Below, piece after piece: positions 1-9,338 of a stretch of DNA of 26,917 bases. The stretch comes from Oxalobacteraceae bacterium. Lineage in GTDB: Bacteria > Pseudomonadota > Gammaproteobacteria > Burkholderiales > Burkholderiaceae_D. Location: positions 1 to 26,917 of the forward strand of contig JAIXOW010000245.1 in NCBI GenBank assembly GCA_027486615.1, written 5' to 3'. The notes beneath the pieces are model-generated. The model saw nothing but the letters and a program-made list of their open reading frames with translations, had not been told where the DNA came from and did not search any database. Position numbers and translations under genes: made by a program. The stretch's first letter is position 1, and the number at the start of each line of letters is the position of its first letter.

Positions 1-22
1 GACTCGTCTTAGGCTTAAAGTC

Positions 23-1135
23 ATGGTAGGTAAAGTTTGGTCTGTGCCCTCAACAGTTGACACTATCAAGTGGGGTTATCTACCAAATGCAAACGATAAA
101 CCTTTAGTCACTGTGCCATCAGGTGCGATAGTAGTATTTGATACGCTGTCGCATGAAGGATTGCTTGAAGATCAGGGACGTGATGCAAAAAAATATTTTA
201 TGTCTAAAGGTATATCAGAACGTCTAGTTTTGAAGGATGCGATTGCAATTACTCGCTCATCGATACCACATGATTTTGCTAAAGATGGTCCTCATATCAT
301 CACTGGTCCAGTAGCGATAGAGGGAGCGCAACCTGGAGATGTATTAAAGGTTGAGATTCTCGCTGTAACGCCACGTGTGCCTTATGGAGTCATTAGTAAC
401 CGACATGGTAAGGGTGCATTGCCAGGTGAATTTCCAGAAGGTGAAAAACCTGAAGCTGATGCCAGCGCAGAGCATCCAGAAAAATTTCATAACATGTCAG
501 TGTTTACGCCAATTAGAAAAAATCAGCAAGGTGCTTGGGAAGGTGTCATGCAAAATTCACGTGGTGAAGCAGTGCGCTTTCCTACTGCGCCATTTATGGG
601 TGTGATGGGAGTGGCTGCTGCAACAGATGAGCTCGTACATTCGGTACCACCTGGAGTTTTTGGTGGGAACATGGATGTAAAAGATCTAGGCGTGGGAACG
701 ATAGTTTATTTGCCGGTCTTTGTGTCTGGTGCAAATTTTTATACCGGTGATCCACACATGGTTCAGGCAAATGGTGAAGTCGCATTAACTGCGCTCGAGC
801 ATTCTATGCGTGCGACATTTAAGCTAACTCTACTTAAAAAAGGAGATCGTCGAATACCTTCCGCTTCAGGTTCCTTAGATAAGCCATTTGGCGAGACACG
901 TGATTATTGGATTGCGATTGGATTAAATCCCGATCTCGATGAGGCAATGAAAGATGCTGTACGTGAAGCGATGCGCTTCTTAACAGAGAAGCTAGGTATG
1001 GATCGCGCGATTGCACTGGCTTATATGTCAGCCGCAACCGACTTTAATGTTTCGCAAGTAGTTGATCGTACTAAAGGTATTCATGCTTTGATACGCAAAC
1101 GTGACTTCATCAAAGTAAAACAGCGTCCGCGTTAA
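23..1135 (+). CDS. acetamidase/formamidase family amidohydrolase
   Basis: 370-aa ORF with ATG start. Length and sequence resemble the FmdA/AmdA family from memory. Overlapping antisense ORFs look spurious. Confidence 0.8.
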   Translation: MVGKVWSVPSTVDTIKWGYLPNANDKPLVTVPSGAIVVFDTLSHEGLLEDQGRDAKKYFMSKGISERLVLKDAIAITRSSIPHDFAKDGPHIITGPVAIEGAQPGDVLKVEILAVTPRVPYGVISNRHGKGALPGEFPEGEKPEADASAEHPEKFHNMSVFTPIRKNQQGAWEGVMQNSRGEAVRFPTAPFMGVMGVAAATDELVHSVPPGVFGGNMDVKDLGVGTIVYLPVFVSGANFYTGDPHMVQANGEVALTALEHSMRATFKLTLLKKGDRRIPSASGSLDKPFGETRDYWIAIGLNPDLDEAMKDAVREAMRFLTEKLGMDRAIALAYMSAATDFNVSQVVDRTKGIHALIRKRDFIKVKQRPR

Positions 1136-1161
1136 ATAATTCAAGCCATTTAAAAGTCAAG

Positions 1162-1192
1162 AGCACCTAACTCAATAACAAAGTTAGGTGCT
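1162..1192. terminator. 10-bp stem hairpin between convergent genes
   Basis: AGCACCTAAC-11 nt-GTTAGGTGCT lies between the stops of 23..1135 (+) and 1205..1738 (-). The U-tract is weak. Confidence 0.4.
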
Positions 1193-1204
1193 GATTGGCT
1201 TCAG

Positions 1205-1738
1205 TTATTCCTTATGTTGAGCTGGATGGTTTGCATGCATGTCATGATTATTTTCCATGGAGTGCGGCGCTTGATATCCTAAGATGGCAGGATCTAACAT
1301 GCCGCTAATCATGGCAATGTGACCAAATACCAAAAATAAAGCAACGCAAATAGTATGAACTTTCAATTTTTCCATTTGGTCTAAAGTTTTATTTACAAGT
1401 CCACATTCTTGTGCGGCGATCCAAATCAATGGCAAGCCTGCAATCAGATAAGTACCGACTGCGATAATGTCAATCACAGTTCTCCATTCTCCTGCTTGGG
1501 TAATGGGGATGACAGCATGCGTAATAATATAAACAATGATGCCAATGAAGTAGATGCCGACCGTAATCCCAGACCATCTGTTAATGGAATGAACCACGCC
1601 TTCAAAGTGACGCGTAAAAAGTAGATAGAGTTCTGTAATAGCTAAGGTCTCAGCCAAAATTATAGGAATAGCCATAAAGAGGATTAAATTCCAAGGCTGA
1701 TTAACCGCCAATAACTCCATGTAGTGAGTCATGATCAT
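1205..1738 (-). CDS. multi-pass membrane protein of unknown function (possibly DUF6803-like)
   Basis: 177-aa ORF with several long hydrophobic segments and a His-rich C-terminus. The family name is recall only. Confidence 0.6.
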   Translation of the reverse strand: MIMTHYMELLAVNQPWNLILFMAIPIILAETLAITELYLLFTRHFEGVVHSINRWSGITVGIYFIGIIVYIITHAVIPITQAGEWRTVIDIIAVGTYLIAGLPLIWIAAQECGLVNKTLDQMEKLKVHTICVALFLVFGHIAMISGMLDPAILGYQAPHSMENNHDMHANHPAQHKE

Positions 1739-1771
1739 GATGATGCTCCAAAAAGAGGTAAATGGTAGAGA

Positions 1772-2287
1772 TTAATGATGGCGACTATCTAATTTCTCAC
1801 TTAATGCTTCTACAGCTTTGATTAAAGCATAGAGTTCTTTTTCTTTCATCATATCGATTTTTTGATGCAGTAATTCGATTTCTAATTCCGCTTTCACATT
1901 CACTTCAAAATCATTATTCGCCTGTTGTCTGTCAATTTCAGAAAGTCGATTTTGACTCATCATAATGGCTGGTGCGGTATACGCTGCCTGAAATGACAGC
2001 ATAAGATTTAATAATATAAAAGGGTAGGGATCCCAAGTGCTGTCATGATTGATGGAGTTATAAATAATCCAAACGATGATGCAGACGCTTTGCATGATGA
2101 TGAATTTCCATGACCCTACAGTCTTAGCAATGACATCAGACGTTTTTTGACCGGTTGTTAATTGTGGTTTGATAGCTTCTGCGTGTGCTGAAATCTGGGT
2201 AGATAAAACTTCTCTATGTGCCCGCCTATGCGCCCGCAGTGCTTCTAAGGTTTGTAGTTCTTGTTGAGTGGGTGAAATGGTTTCCAT
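1772..2287 (-). CDS. DUF1003 domain membrane protein
   Basis: GSWKFI...WDPYPFILLNLMLSFQAAYTAPAIMMSQNR followed by a coiled-coil tail matches the DUF1003 pattern. Confidence 0.7.
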   Translation of the reverse strand: METISPTQQELQTLEALRAHRRAHREVLSTQISAHAEAIKPQLTTGQKTSDVIAKTVGSWKFIIMQSVCIIVWIIYNSINHDSTWDPYPFILLNLMLSFQAAYTAPAIMMSQNRLSEIDRQQANNDFEVNVKAELEIELLHQKIDMMKEKELYALIKAVEALSEKLDSRHH

Positions 2288-2546
2288 ACTTATCTCCTAA
2301 GGTATTCCCCCCCCACTGTACGCTTTCAAATGACTTGTTTACTGTTTAATTTGCACCTAGTCGATTTTTCTGATTCGGGTTGAAATTTCTCGGCATATCT
2401 GATCGATTCTCGGATTGCAATATGAGATTACGCAAAAAAATGTTCAATTAGTTGATCAAGATCGTTTTTATGCTAACGCTACTCATGGCAATATCGAAGT
2501 TGAAATTCATGTTGTTTAAATCATCACTTCAATTGAAGGAGTCAGA

Positions 2547-3038
2547 ATGAGTGCTAAGTTAAGTCATCCTAAGATAGATATAGGTATAAATGAAAAAGAT
2601 CGTAAAGCCATTGCTAAAGGTCTTTCTGCATTGTTAGCTGACAGCTATTCTTTATATTTAATGACGCATAATTTTCATTGGAATGTGAAGGGTCCTATGT
2701 TTAATACACTGCATACCATGTTTATGACGCAATACACCGAGCAATGGGCAGCACTTGATTTGATTGCTGAACGAATTAGAGCGCTAGGTGAGCCTGCTCC
2801 AGGCACTTACAAAGAGTTTGCAAAGCTGACTTCAATTGAAGAAGTGTCGGGAATTCCTAAGGCATTGGAGATGGTGAGATTACTAGTTAAGGCACAAGAG
2901 GCAACTGCAAAAACTGCGAGAAAATTATTTCCATTAGTGGACAAGGCGAGTGATCAACCCACAGCGGATCTTTTAACTCAACGTCAAGATGTGCATGAGA
3001 AAACTGCATGGATGTTGCGTAGCTTATTGGAAGAGTAA
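2547..3038 (+). CDS. dps: Dps family DNA-binding ferritin-like protein
   Basis: 163 aa with [16 protein letters not shown] and a ferroxidase-type motif layout. GGAG Shine-Dalgarno sequence upstream. Confidence 0.9.
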   Translation: MSAKLSHPKIDIGINEKDRKAIAKGLSALLADSYSLYLMTHNFHWNVKGPMFNTLHTMFMTQYTEQWAALDLIAERIRALGEPAPGTYKEFAKLTSIEEVSGIPKALEMVRLLVKAQEATAKTARKLFPLVDKASDQPTADLLTQRQDVHEKTAWMLRSLLEE

Positions 3039-3181
3039 AGATAATCAGCAAACTCGGAAAAGTTAAATTCTCTGCGTGAGGTTTGTTATCGCATTGGCTA
3101 AAAATTGTGGCGGTCTGATGGGATTGGAATTTCTGTCTTACAATCTTGCTTATTCCAATTCAATAAAATAAAAGGCACGCC

Positions 3182-3493
3182 ATGAAAGTATTCCTTATTA
3201 ATGCCAATCTTAAAGTAGTGACTGAGGTGGAAATCGAATCAACGCGCGAAGCAATCCAGGAACTCATCGGTTTTAAAACTATCGATGCAGATGAAATCGA
3301 CTCTAACTTTGATCAATTATTTTTTGATGAAGAATGTTTTATTCGCCAACAAGATCAAAAAGGACGTTTTAAGGTTGATAACTTAGCGCCGGTTGTTGGC
3401 ATGGGTGTGATTGTTAACTCTGCAGATGGTAAAACTTTTGATTCACCAAAAATTAATTTGGCTGAGTTGACTAAGAGAGTGACTTTCCTTTAA
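3182..3493 (+). CDS. small hypothetical protein (DUF3846-like?)
   Basis: 103-aa ORF with a clean start. Weak resemblance to DUF3846 from memory. Confidence 0.45.
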   Translation: MKVFLINANLKVVTEVEIESTREAIQELIGFKTIDADEIDSNFDQLFFDEECFIRQQDQKGRFKVDNLAPVVGMGVIVNSADGKTFDSPKINLAELTKRVTFL

Positions 3494-3513
3494 AGCTGTC
3501 AGCATCAAATAGA

Positions 3514-4167
3514 TCAGCTAAGTAGATGCCCAGTCTTAACAAAGATAGTGCAGCCTTCTTTGCTGAAGGGTTGGTGTGTGCTCATGTGAGGACTTCTTAT
3601 CCATGAGCCTGTTGGATAGCGTCCGTGCTCATCTTCAAAGACACCGTCGACAACAAAGATTTCTTCTCCGCCGTAGTGTCTATGTGGATTGAAATAGGTT
3701 TGAGGTGCCCATCGTACTAAAGTCGATCCGCTGCCTTGACGCATTAGCGGCATGACGTGTAGGCCGGGTACCATGCCCTGATACCAATCCGCTGTTTTTG
3801 TATTTAATACTTCTCGCTCTACTTGATCCGAACCAAGATGGCGTAGCTTTACAAAAAGCGTACAGCCAGTTTTGCTATGCGGTGCATGCGATGATCCAGG
3901 AGGATTCATGATGTATGTGCCTGCTGGAAAGTCTCCAGTCTCATCACTAAATGTGCCATCCAAAACGAATATCTCTTCACCAAACTCATGCGTGTGGGAT
4001 TTAAATGAGGATCCGGGTTCGTAACGAACGATAGAAGTTGCTTGCGCAACTTCATCACCGATACGCTCAAGCATTCGTCTCTCTACACCTGGCAGCGGAC
4101 TTGGAGTCCAAGGTAAGTCATGGTGATTGACCACTATCCTTTTAGTGTAGTCAGAATTTATATTCAT
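3514..4167 (-). CDS. bicupin protein (ChrR-like cupin domains)
   Basis: Two repeats of the pattern H.H..GEE.FV.DG.F.DE.G.YP.G. Confidence 0.7.
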   Translation of the reverse strand: MNINSDYTKRIVVNHHDLPWTPSPLPGVERRMLERIGDEVAQATSIVRYEPGSSFKSHTHEFGEEIFVLDGTFSDETGDFPAGTYIMNPPGSSHAPHSKTGCTLFVKLRHLGSDQVEREVLNTKTADWYQGMVPGLHVMPLMRQGSGSTLVRWAPQTYFNPHRHYGGEEIFVVDGVFEDEHGRYPTGSWIRSPHMSTHQPFSKEGCTIFVKTGHLLS

Positions 4168-4227
4168 AGGTGCAATGTAAAGTAAATCTATATGCGGCTA
4201 ATAGGCTGTGTTGATTTTTTTGGCAAT

Positions 4228-4608
4228 TTAAATGAGTTGATAAACCATCCAAATCATTAATACCCAGATAATGACAACAACTAAAAGACCTAACAAGCTC
4301 TTGGGTTTAGATTGATTTTGTGTAGCCCACGCTCTAGCCTGATCAAGTGACTCATCAAGGATAGATTGGGGTATTAATTTTATTGCTACCCAAATCAAGA
4401 TTGGTAATAAAATAATTTCATCAACAAATCCCAATATGGGAATAAAGTCTGGAATAAGGTCAATTGGGCTTAGGGCATAGGCGACGATGAAAATACAAAT
4501 CACCTTGGGCAGCCACGGTGTTTGTGGATTTTTAGTGGCAAACCAAAGCATGACTATCTTTTGCTTTAGTGATGTAGCCCAGCGTTTTAATTTTTCTATC
4601 AAATTCAT
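4228..4608 (-). CDS. YkvA/DUF1232 family membrane protein
   Basis: YALSPIDLIPDFIPILGFVDE is the DUF1232 signature. Confidence 0.75.
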   Translation of the reverse strand: MNLIEKLKRWATSLKQKIVMLWFATKNPQTPWLPKVICIFIVAYALSPIDLIPDFIPILGFVDEIILLPILIWVAIKLIPQSILDESLDQARAWATQNQSKPKSLLGLLVVVIIWVLMIWMVYQLI

Positions 4609-4664
4609 ACCCGAATCTTAACCTACAGTTTAAAAAATCAACCGAAGCTATTTTTTGTGGATCT

Positions 4665-4693
4665 TGGTGGCCGGTTACGGAAACGAACCGGCC
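4665..4693 (-). repeat. decayed tRNA-3'-end-like remnant (a)
   Basis: ATCTTGGTGGCCGGTTACGGAAACGAACCGGCC shares ATCTTGGTGG and GAAACGAAC with the 13441 fragment. It no longer folds as a T-arm. Confidence 0.4.
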
Positions 4694-4793
4694 TTACCTA
4701 GCATCTGACTAATAGTAGATTTAATTGCTATGTATGTAACGTATGTACATACATGGCGAAGTTATCCAAAATGGATTGCCATTCTTCGCACTA

Positions 4794-5039
4794 TTATTCT
4801 TCTGGGTGTATTGATTCAGGATCGAAAGATATTATCTCTAAAATTCCATCCGAGCTTTCTATGAAATTTGAACTTACATTTTGTTCGTCAAATACATACT
4901 CAATAAATTTCTGAGATATCAGCTTAGTATATTCACCAGCAAAGTCAAAACCAAACTATCAATCTTTAAGTTCTATCCTCGAACAGAATTTACCTCCTTC
5001 ACGAAGATCAATTTCTACCCGTGTTGTATGCCAATCTGA
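4794..5039 (-). pseudogene. SRPBCC/AHSA1-like gene fragment with in-frame TGA-TAG
   Basis: The minus-strand reading is SDWHTTRVEIDLREGGKFCSRIELKD**FGFDFAGEYTKLISQKFIEYVFDEQ... The N-terminus is missing and two adjacent stops sit at 4956-4961. Confidence 0.4.
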
Positions 5040-5064
5040 TTAGCTGAGTTATTTGTACTCAGGC

Positions 5065-5448
5065 TTATTTGCAGCTCGCTATCAACAACACTTCTTCCTT
5101 ACTGCCTCGTTCTGGTGTGGTCCATGCCCAAGCACCTTCGCTGAAATACACTATCATGTCAGTAGCCATCTCACCTTTGTGCCAAGTATGACCAATCTCG
5201 CGAAACAGTGATTTTTCACAGTCATATTCAAAGCGAAACATCTCAGAACGAAAATCTTTCCCATTTATATTCTGAATCTGCGCGTAATTGGCAATGTGAT
5301 AAACCTGTGGTCTTCCGGGTATAGTCGTTTTTATTGAATCGTGATCTATATAAAGCTTTGGATCATTTAAGGATGATGCTATGGGAGTCCAATCAGCATG
5401 TACAAATCCAGCACTAAAGAGAAGAAAAAAAGGGAGAAGTTTTTTCAT
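5065..5448 (-). CDS. secreted protein, surface-adhesin protein E-like
   Basis: Signal peptide MKKLLPFFLLFSAGFVHA, then W..I...YIDHDSI...EYDC...C near the C-terminus. Confidence 0.6.
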   Translation of the reverse strand: MKKLLPFFLLFSAGFVHADWTPIASSLNDPKLYIDHDSIKTTIPGRPQVYHIANYAQIQNINGKDFRSEMFRFEYDCEKSLFREIGHTWHKGEMATDMIVYFSEGAWAWTTPERGSKEEVLLIASCK

Positions 5449-5664
5449 AGAAGGAAATAAAAAAAGAGAGTGATAAAAAAATTAAGTAAGTAAAAAACTT
5501 TACTCTATTTATATGATACTACTAGGTGAAGGTTAGAGAATAAAACTAATAATTCATATTCTAGAATATATAGTGGAACATGCGACTACATGGGCTTTGA
5601 CTCAACCATGATGCTTCTATTTAAAATTATTTTTTCTACTAAGCTCAAGCTGTAGAATCTAATA

Positions 5665-6240
5665 ATGAAAACAATTATCCGTTGCCCTTGGTGTGAAGGT
5701 TTTGATCTCTACCGCCAGTATCACGACACAGAATGGGGTGTTCCACTTCGAGATAGTCAAAAGCTTTTTGAGCTTCTGATATTAGAAGGTGCTCAAGCAG
5801 GGCTTTCTTGGTCTACGGTTTTAAAGAAGCGAGAAAGCTATCGTGAGGCCTTTGATGGTTTTGATCCAAAAAAGATTGCAAGATATGGAGAGAAAAAAGT
5901 TGCGGAGTTAATGGCTAACCCTGGCATTGTTAGAAATCGATTAAAAGTGTCGGCAACTATTGGCAATGCTAAGGCTTACTTAGCTTTAGAAAAAAATGGA
6001 GAACCCTTTGATCAATTTTTATGGTCATTTGTACAAAACAAACCTATTCAAAATAAACGCCGCTTATTAAGCGAAGTTCCATCGAAATCTTTAGAATCTG
6101 ACGCAATGAGTAAAGCATTATTAAAAGCGGGATTCAAATTTGTAGGATCAACTATTTGTTATGCATTTATGCAGGCATCCGGAATGGTCAATGATCACCT
6201 CATTTCATGTCACAGATACTCAGTAGTAAAGAAACTTTAA
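5665..6240 (+). CDS. tag: DNA-3-methyladenine glycosylase I
   Basis: CPWC...YHDTEWGVP...LILEGAQAGLSWSTVLKKRE is the canonical Tag pattern. Confidence 0.9.
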   Translation: MKTIIRCPWCEGFDLYRQYHDTEWGVPLRDSQKLFELLILEGAQAGLSWSTVLKKRESYREAFDGFDPKKIARYGEKKVAELMANPGIVRNRLKVSATIGNAKAYLALEKNGEPFDQFLWSFVQNKPIQNKRRLLSEVPSKSLESDAMSKALLKAGFKFVGSTICYAFMQASGMVNDHLISCHRYSVVKKL

Positions 6241-6284
6241 TATCAACCGTCCCGTAACTAAATTCTTCCAAGCCTAAAAACAAA

Positions 6285-6322
6285 AAGACCTCGTTATTGC
6301 TAACGAGGGCTTTGCTTTTTTT
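6285..6322 (+). terminator. rho-independent terminator after tag
   Basis: CCTCGTTA-TTGC-TAACGAGG followed by a T-rich run. Confidence 0.55.
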
Positions 6323-6323
6323 G

Positions 6324-6348
6324 TGGTGTGGGGCGGAATCGAAACGAG
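6324..6348 (-). repeat. decayed tRNA-3'-end-like remnant (b)
   Basis: TGGTGTGGGGCGGAATCGAAACGAG matches TGGTGGCCCGGGGCGGAATCGAACCACC at 13441. Confidence 0.5.
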
Positions 6349-6376
6349 ATGAGGATGTCTGAACTGTTTATCTGAG

Positions 6377-6640
6377 TTACTCGTAGTGATATCGACAAGC
6401 GATCACAATGATTTGGTCTTTCTCAATGGCGTAGACAAGCCGATGCGTGTCATCAATTCGCCTTGACCAAAATCCCGCAAGGTTTTCTCGTAAAGGTTCT
6501 GGCTTACCTATACCGACTTCTGGGTCGCGCATCACTTCTTTAACAAGTAAGTTAATACGCTTAAGTGTTTTCTTATCTTGACTTTGCCAGTACACATAGT
6601 CTTCCCACGCTGCGTTGGTCCAGACTAACTTACTCCGCAT
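6377..6640 (-). CDS. yoeB: YoeB/Txe family toxin (mRNA interferase)
   Basis: WEDYVYWQ...GKPEPL...WSRRIDDTHRLVY...CRYHY. Confidence 0.9.
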   Translation of the reverse strand: MRSKLVWTNAAWEDYVYWQSQDKKTLKRINLLVKEVMRDPEVGIGKPEPLRENLAGFWSRRIDDTHRLVYAIEKDQIIVIACRYHYE

Positions 6641-6887
6641 CGACCAATCCCTTGGATTTGGTCTGACCTTTACGATATTGAGTGATAGATTTTTCTAAAT
6701 GTTTGGCGTTTGCAGGACTTTTCATCAGATGGAGTGTTTCCATCAAACTGTTGAAGGTGTCCAGAGACATCACGACTGCATCTTGTGCATCGCGTCTGGA
6801 AATCACAGTGAAGTCAGCGTCGTCCACGACTTGATCGATCACTTGTTTGAGTTGATTTCTTGCATCGGAAAAGTTGATCACTCGCAT
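6630..6887 (-). CDS. yefM: YefM/Phd family antitoxin
   Basis: MRVINFSDARNQLKQVIDQVVDD... overlaps yoeB by 11 nt. I start it at the internal Met (6887), not the ORF-track start (7001). Confidence 0.85.
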   Translation of the reverse strand: MRVINFSDARNQLKQVIDQVVDDADFTVISRRDAQDAVVMSLDTFNSLMETLHLMKSPANAKHLEKSITQYRKGQTKSKGLVDAE

Positions 6888-6990
6888 AGAGTCTCCGTAA
6901 GTACTTGTTCTATAAATAGTACAAGTATACGGACTATAAAGCAAGCTACAAGAGACAAAAAAACTATCTAAAGATGGATTTTGTACATCT

Positions 6991-7013
6991 TGGTGGCACA
7001 AGGTGGAATTGAC
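6991..7013 (-). repeat. decayed tRNA-3'-end-like remnant (c)
   Basis: ACATCTTGGTGGCACAAGGTGGAATTGAC. The ACATCTTGGTGG prefix is identical to the 13436 copy. Confidence 0.4.
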
Positions 7014-7132
7014 TAGCGCATAGGATGCTCAATTCTGTCTAATTACAGAGTTTTGATGGTTACAGCTTTCCCTGTAAAGTAGGCTAGAGTTAAGATTGCT
7101 TCATCTCATTAATATTTTTATATTTTCTAACT

Positions 7133-8095
7133 ATGCTAATTAATTGCGCCTCTTACCTAAACGGTAAAAAAATCGCTGATATTGAAATTGAACATATTAG
7201 CGATTACCTTGCCAATAAAGATTCTTTTGTTTGGGTGGCGCTGCTAGACCCAACTGTCGATGAGATTATGAAAATGAAGGAGGAGTTTGATCTTCATCCT
7301 TTGGCTGTGGAAGATGCGTTAACTGGTCATCAAAGACCTAAGATTGAAGAGTATGGTAATAGCTTGTTCGCCGTGATTCAGGTATTGAAGTATGACGATG
7401 ATATTTCAGTTGGTGAATTAGATATTTTTGCGGCGTCTGATTATGTTCTATCTGTTCGTAATCGATCTGATGTGACTTTCTTAGGAGTTAGAGAACGTTG
7501 TGAGCAAGAGCCGCAACTATTAAGACAAGGCTCAGGTTTTGTTCTCTACGCTCTTATTGACGCTGTTGTAGATCGCTATTTTCCGATTGTTGAAAGGTTA
7601 GAGCTGGAGCTAGAAAATATTGAAGAAACTCTTTTTGATGGGCGTTATACCAAGTCTAATATTGAAAGACTTTTTGCGCTTAAAAGAAAAGTGATGGTCG
7701 TTAAGCATGCCGTCTCTCCGCTAATGGAAGCAGTAGGAAAATTGTCGAGTGGTCGAGTGCCACCCATTTGCGCCAATAGCACTGAATATTTTCGAGATAT
7801 CTTAGATCACTTAACTCGTATTAACTCTGTTATTGAAAGCATACGAGATGCTATCGGGACAGCAATTCAAGTCAGCTTATCTGCGATTGCACTTGAACAA
7901 AATAATATTCAAAAACGCTTAGCATCTTGGGCGGCTATATTCGGTGTGGCAACTGCTTTTGCTGGAATTTGGGGCATGAACTTTGAACAGATGCCAGAAT
8001 TAAAGTGGGATCTAGGTTATCCAGTAGCAGTAGTTATTATCGTATCTGCTTGCTCATTCTTGTACTGGCGCTTTAAACGATCGGGCTGGCTATAA
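7133..8095 (+). CDS. corA: CorA family Mg2+/Co2+ transporter
   Basis: 320 aa with a GMNF motif followed by two C-terminal TM helices. Confidence 0.9.
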   Translation: MLINCASYLNGKKIADIEIEHISDYLANKDSFVWVALLDPTVDEIMKMKEEFDLHPLAVEDALTGHQRPKIEEYGNSLFAVIQVLKYDDDISVGELDIFAASDYVLSVRNRSDVTFLGVRERCEQEPQLLRQGSGFVLYALIDAVVDRYFPIVERLELELENIEETLFDGRYTKSNIERLFALKRKVMVVKHAVSPLMEAVGKLSSGRVPPICANSTEYFRDILDHLTRINSVIESIRDAIGTAIQVSLSAIALEQNNIQKRLASWAAIFGVATAFAGIWGMNFEQMPELKWDLGYPVAVVIIVSACSFLYWRFKRSGWL

Positions 8096-8149
8096 GTTTG
8101 TCCTTGCGCTTTAAACGATCGGGCTGGCTATAAGTTTGTCCTTGCGCTT
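8069..8149. repeat. perfect 38-bp tandem duplication (2 copies plus 5 nt) spanning the corA stop
   Basis: CGCTTTAAACGATCGGGCTGGCTATAAGTTTGTCCTTG occurs at 8069-8106 and again at 8107-8144, then CGCTT. Confidence 0.9.
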
Positions 8150-8150
8150 A

Positions 8151-8747
8151 TCAAATTTGTAGCTGGAAACTCAAATGGGCATCTACCGAAGGAAATTCAC
8201 TTACCAAAATGCTGTACACGCAAGTATCTCGAATACTTTCCTTAGCATCTGGATGTCGATTAATTTGGTGGCTTCGTAATATGCCGTCTAGCTTCGCTCC
8301 TAATCTCTCAATACCTCTACGACTTTGATGATTAAAAAAATGTGTTCGGAATTCCACAGCAATACAATCTAACCTCGTGAATGCGTAACGCAACAGCATC
8401 AATTTACATTCCGTATTAATCGCCGTTCGCTGAACCGACTTCCTATACCAAGTAGATCCTATTTCTAGTCTACGATTTTCTTGGTCAATATTCATGTATG
8501 TTGTCATTCCAATGGGGTTGCTATTGGCATCCAAAATACAAAATGGATTCATGGAGCCTAACTGCTGTAAGCCCAAACGTCTCTCAATCTCTTTTGCCAT
8601 TGTCGTGGGTGATGGAATACTCGTATACCAAAGTTTCCAAAGTTCACCATCTCTAACGGCAGCACATAAACCATCATGATGCGCCATAGTTAATGGCACC
8701 AATGAGGCATGCTTACCTTGTAGGGTTACTGGATCAGAGAATTTCAT
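8151..8747 (-). CDS. GNAT family N-acetyltransferase (RimJ/RimL-like)
   Basis: 198 aa with an Acetyltransf_3-like layout, including L.PL...H...L and E.G..W. Confidence 0.75.
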   Translation of the reverse strand: MKFSDPVTLQGKHASLVPLTMAHHDGLCAAVRDGELWKLWYTSIPSPTTMAKEIERRLGLQQLGSMNPFCILDANSNPIGMTTYMNIDQENRRLEIGSTWYRKSVQRTAINTECKLMLLRYAFTRLDCIAVEFRTHFFNHQSRRGIERLGAKLDGILRSHQINRHPDAKESIRDTCVYSILVSEFPSVDAHLSFQLQI

Positions 8748-8916
8748 AACGTTTCATATCTAAGGCTGTTTGACTTAATTCTGCCATAGACAAAGATGCT
8801 ATGTGTTGTCATGACTGCTTATATTAAATATGCGAACTGATTTGAATGATGGGTTAAATACGATTTTAAAAACGGAATATAGTATATTTACGTATCGCTA
8901 TTATTAAGGAGTTCTG

Positions 8917-9312
8917 ATGCGTTTCATCTTGCCGATTATGCTATTAGTGGTAGGCATTATTCACATCTTGCCACTATCTGGAGTGCTCAGTGCTGCTAGG
9001 TTATTTGAACTTTATGGAATGACGTTTGATGATCCGAATTTAGAAATTTTGATGCGTCATCGAGCTGTTTTATTTGGATTACTAGGAATTTTTCTTATCT
9101 GTTCTGCTTTTATGCCTAGCCTTCAACTTCCTGCTCTGATTGCAGGATTTCTAAGTGTAGTTTCATTTTTATATTTGTCCTATACAGTTGGTGGATATAA
9201 CGAACAAGTGAATCGTATTGTTATAGCTGACAAGATAGCGTTAGTTTGTCTAGTAGTGGCTCTAGTTTCTTATCTAGTAAAAATTTTTAATACAGAACAA
9301 GTGGCTATGTAA
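8917..9312 (+). CDS. hypothetical 4-TM membrane protein
   Basis: 131-aa hydrophobic ORF with a GGAG Shine-Dalgarno sequence upstream. Confidence 0.5.
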   Translation: MRFILPIMLLVVGIIHILPLSGVLSAARLFELYGMTFDDPNLEILMRHRAVLFGLLGIFLICSAFMPSLQLPALIAGFLSVVSFLYLSYTVGGYNEQVNRIVIADKIALVCLVVALVSYLVKIFNTEQVAM

Positions 9313-9338
9313 AAAGTCACCTAGTTGGGAATTCATAA

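Noticed and set aside
375-1037. ORFs 375..605 (+), 594..785 (-) and 834..1037 (-), nested in or antisense to the amidase gene.
   Set aside because: They lie fully inside a 370-aa ORF with a clear family resemblance. Their translations are low-complexity or odd in composition, so they are shadow ORFs.
4665-4693. A tRNA or T-arm at 4665-4693.
   Set aside because: GGCCGGTT/AACCGGCC forms a simple 8-bp hairpin, not a T-arm plus acceptor geometry. I kept it only as a decayed remnant.
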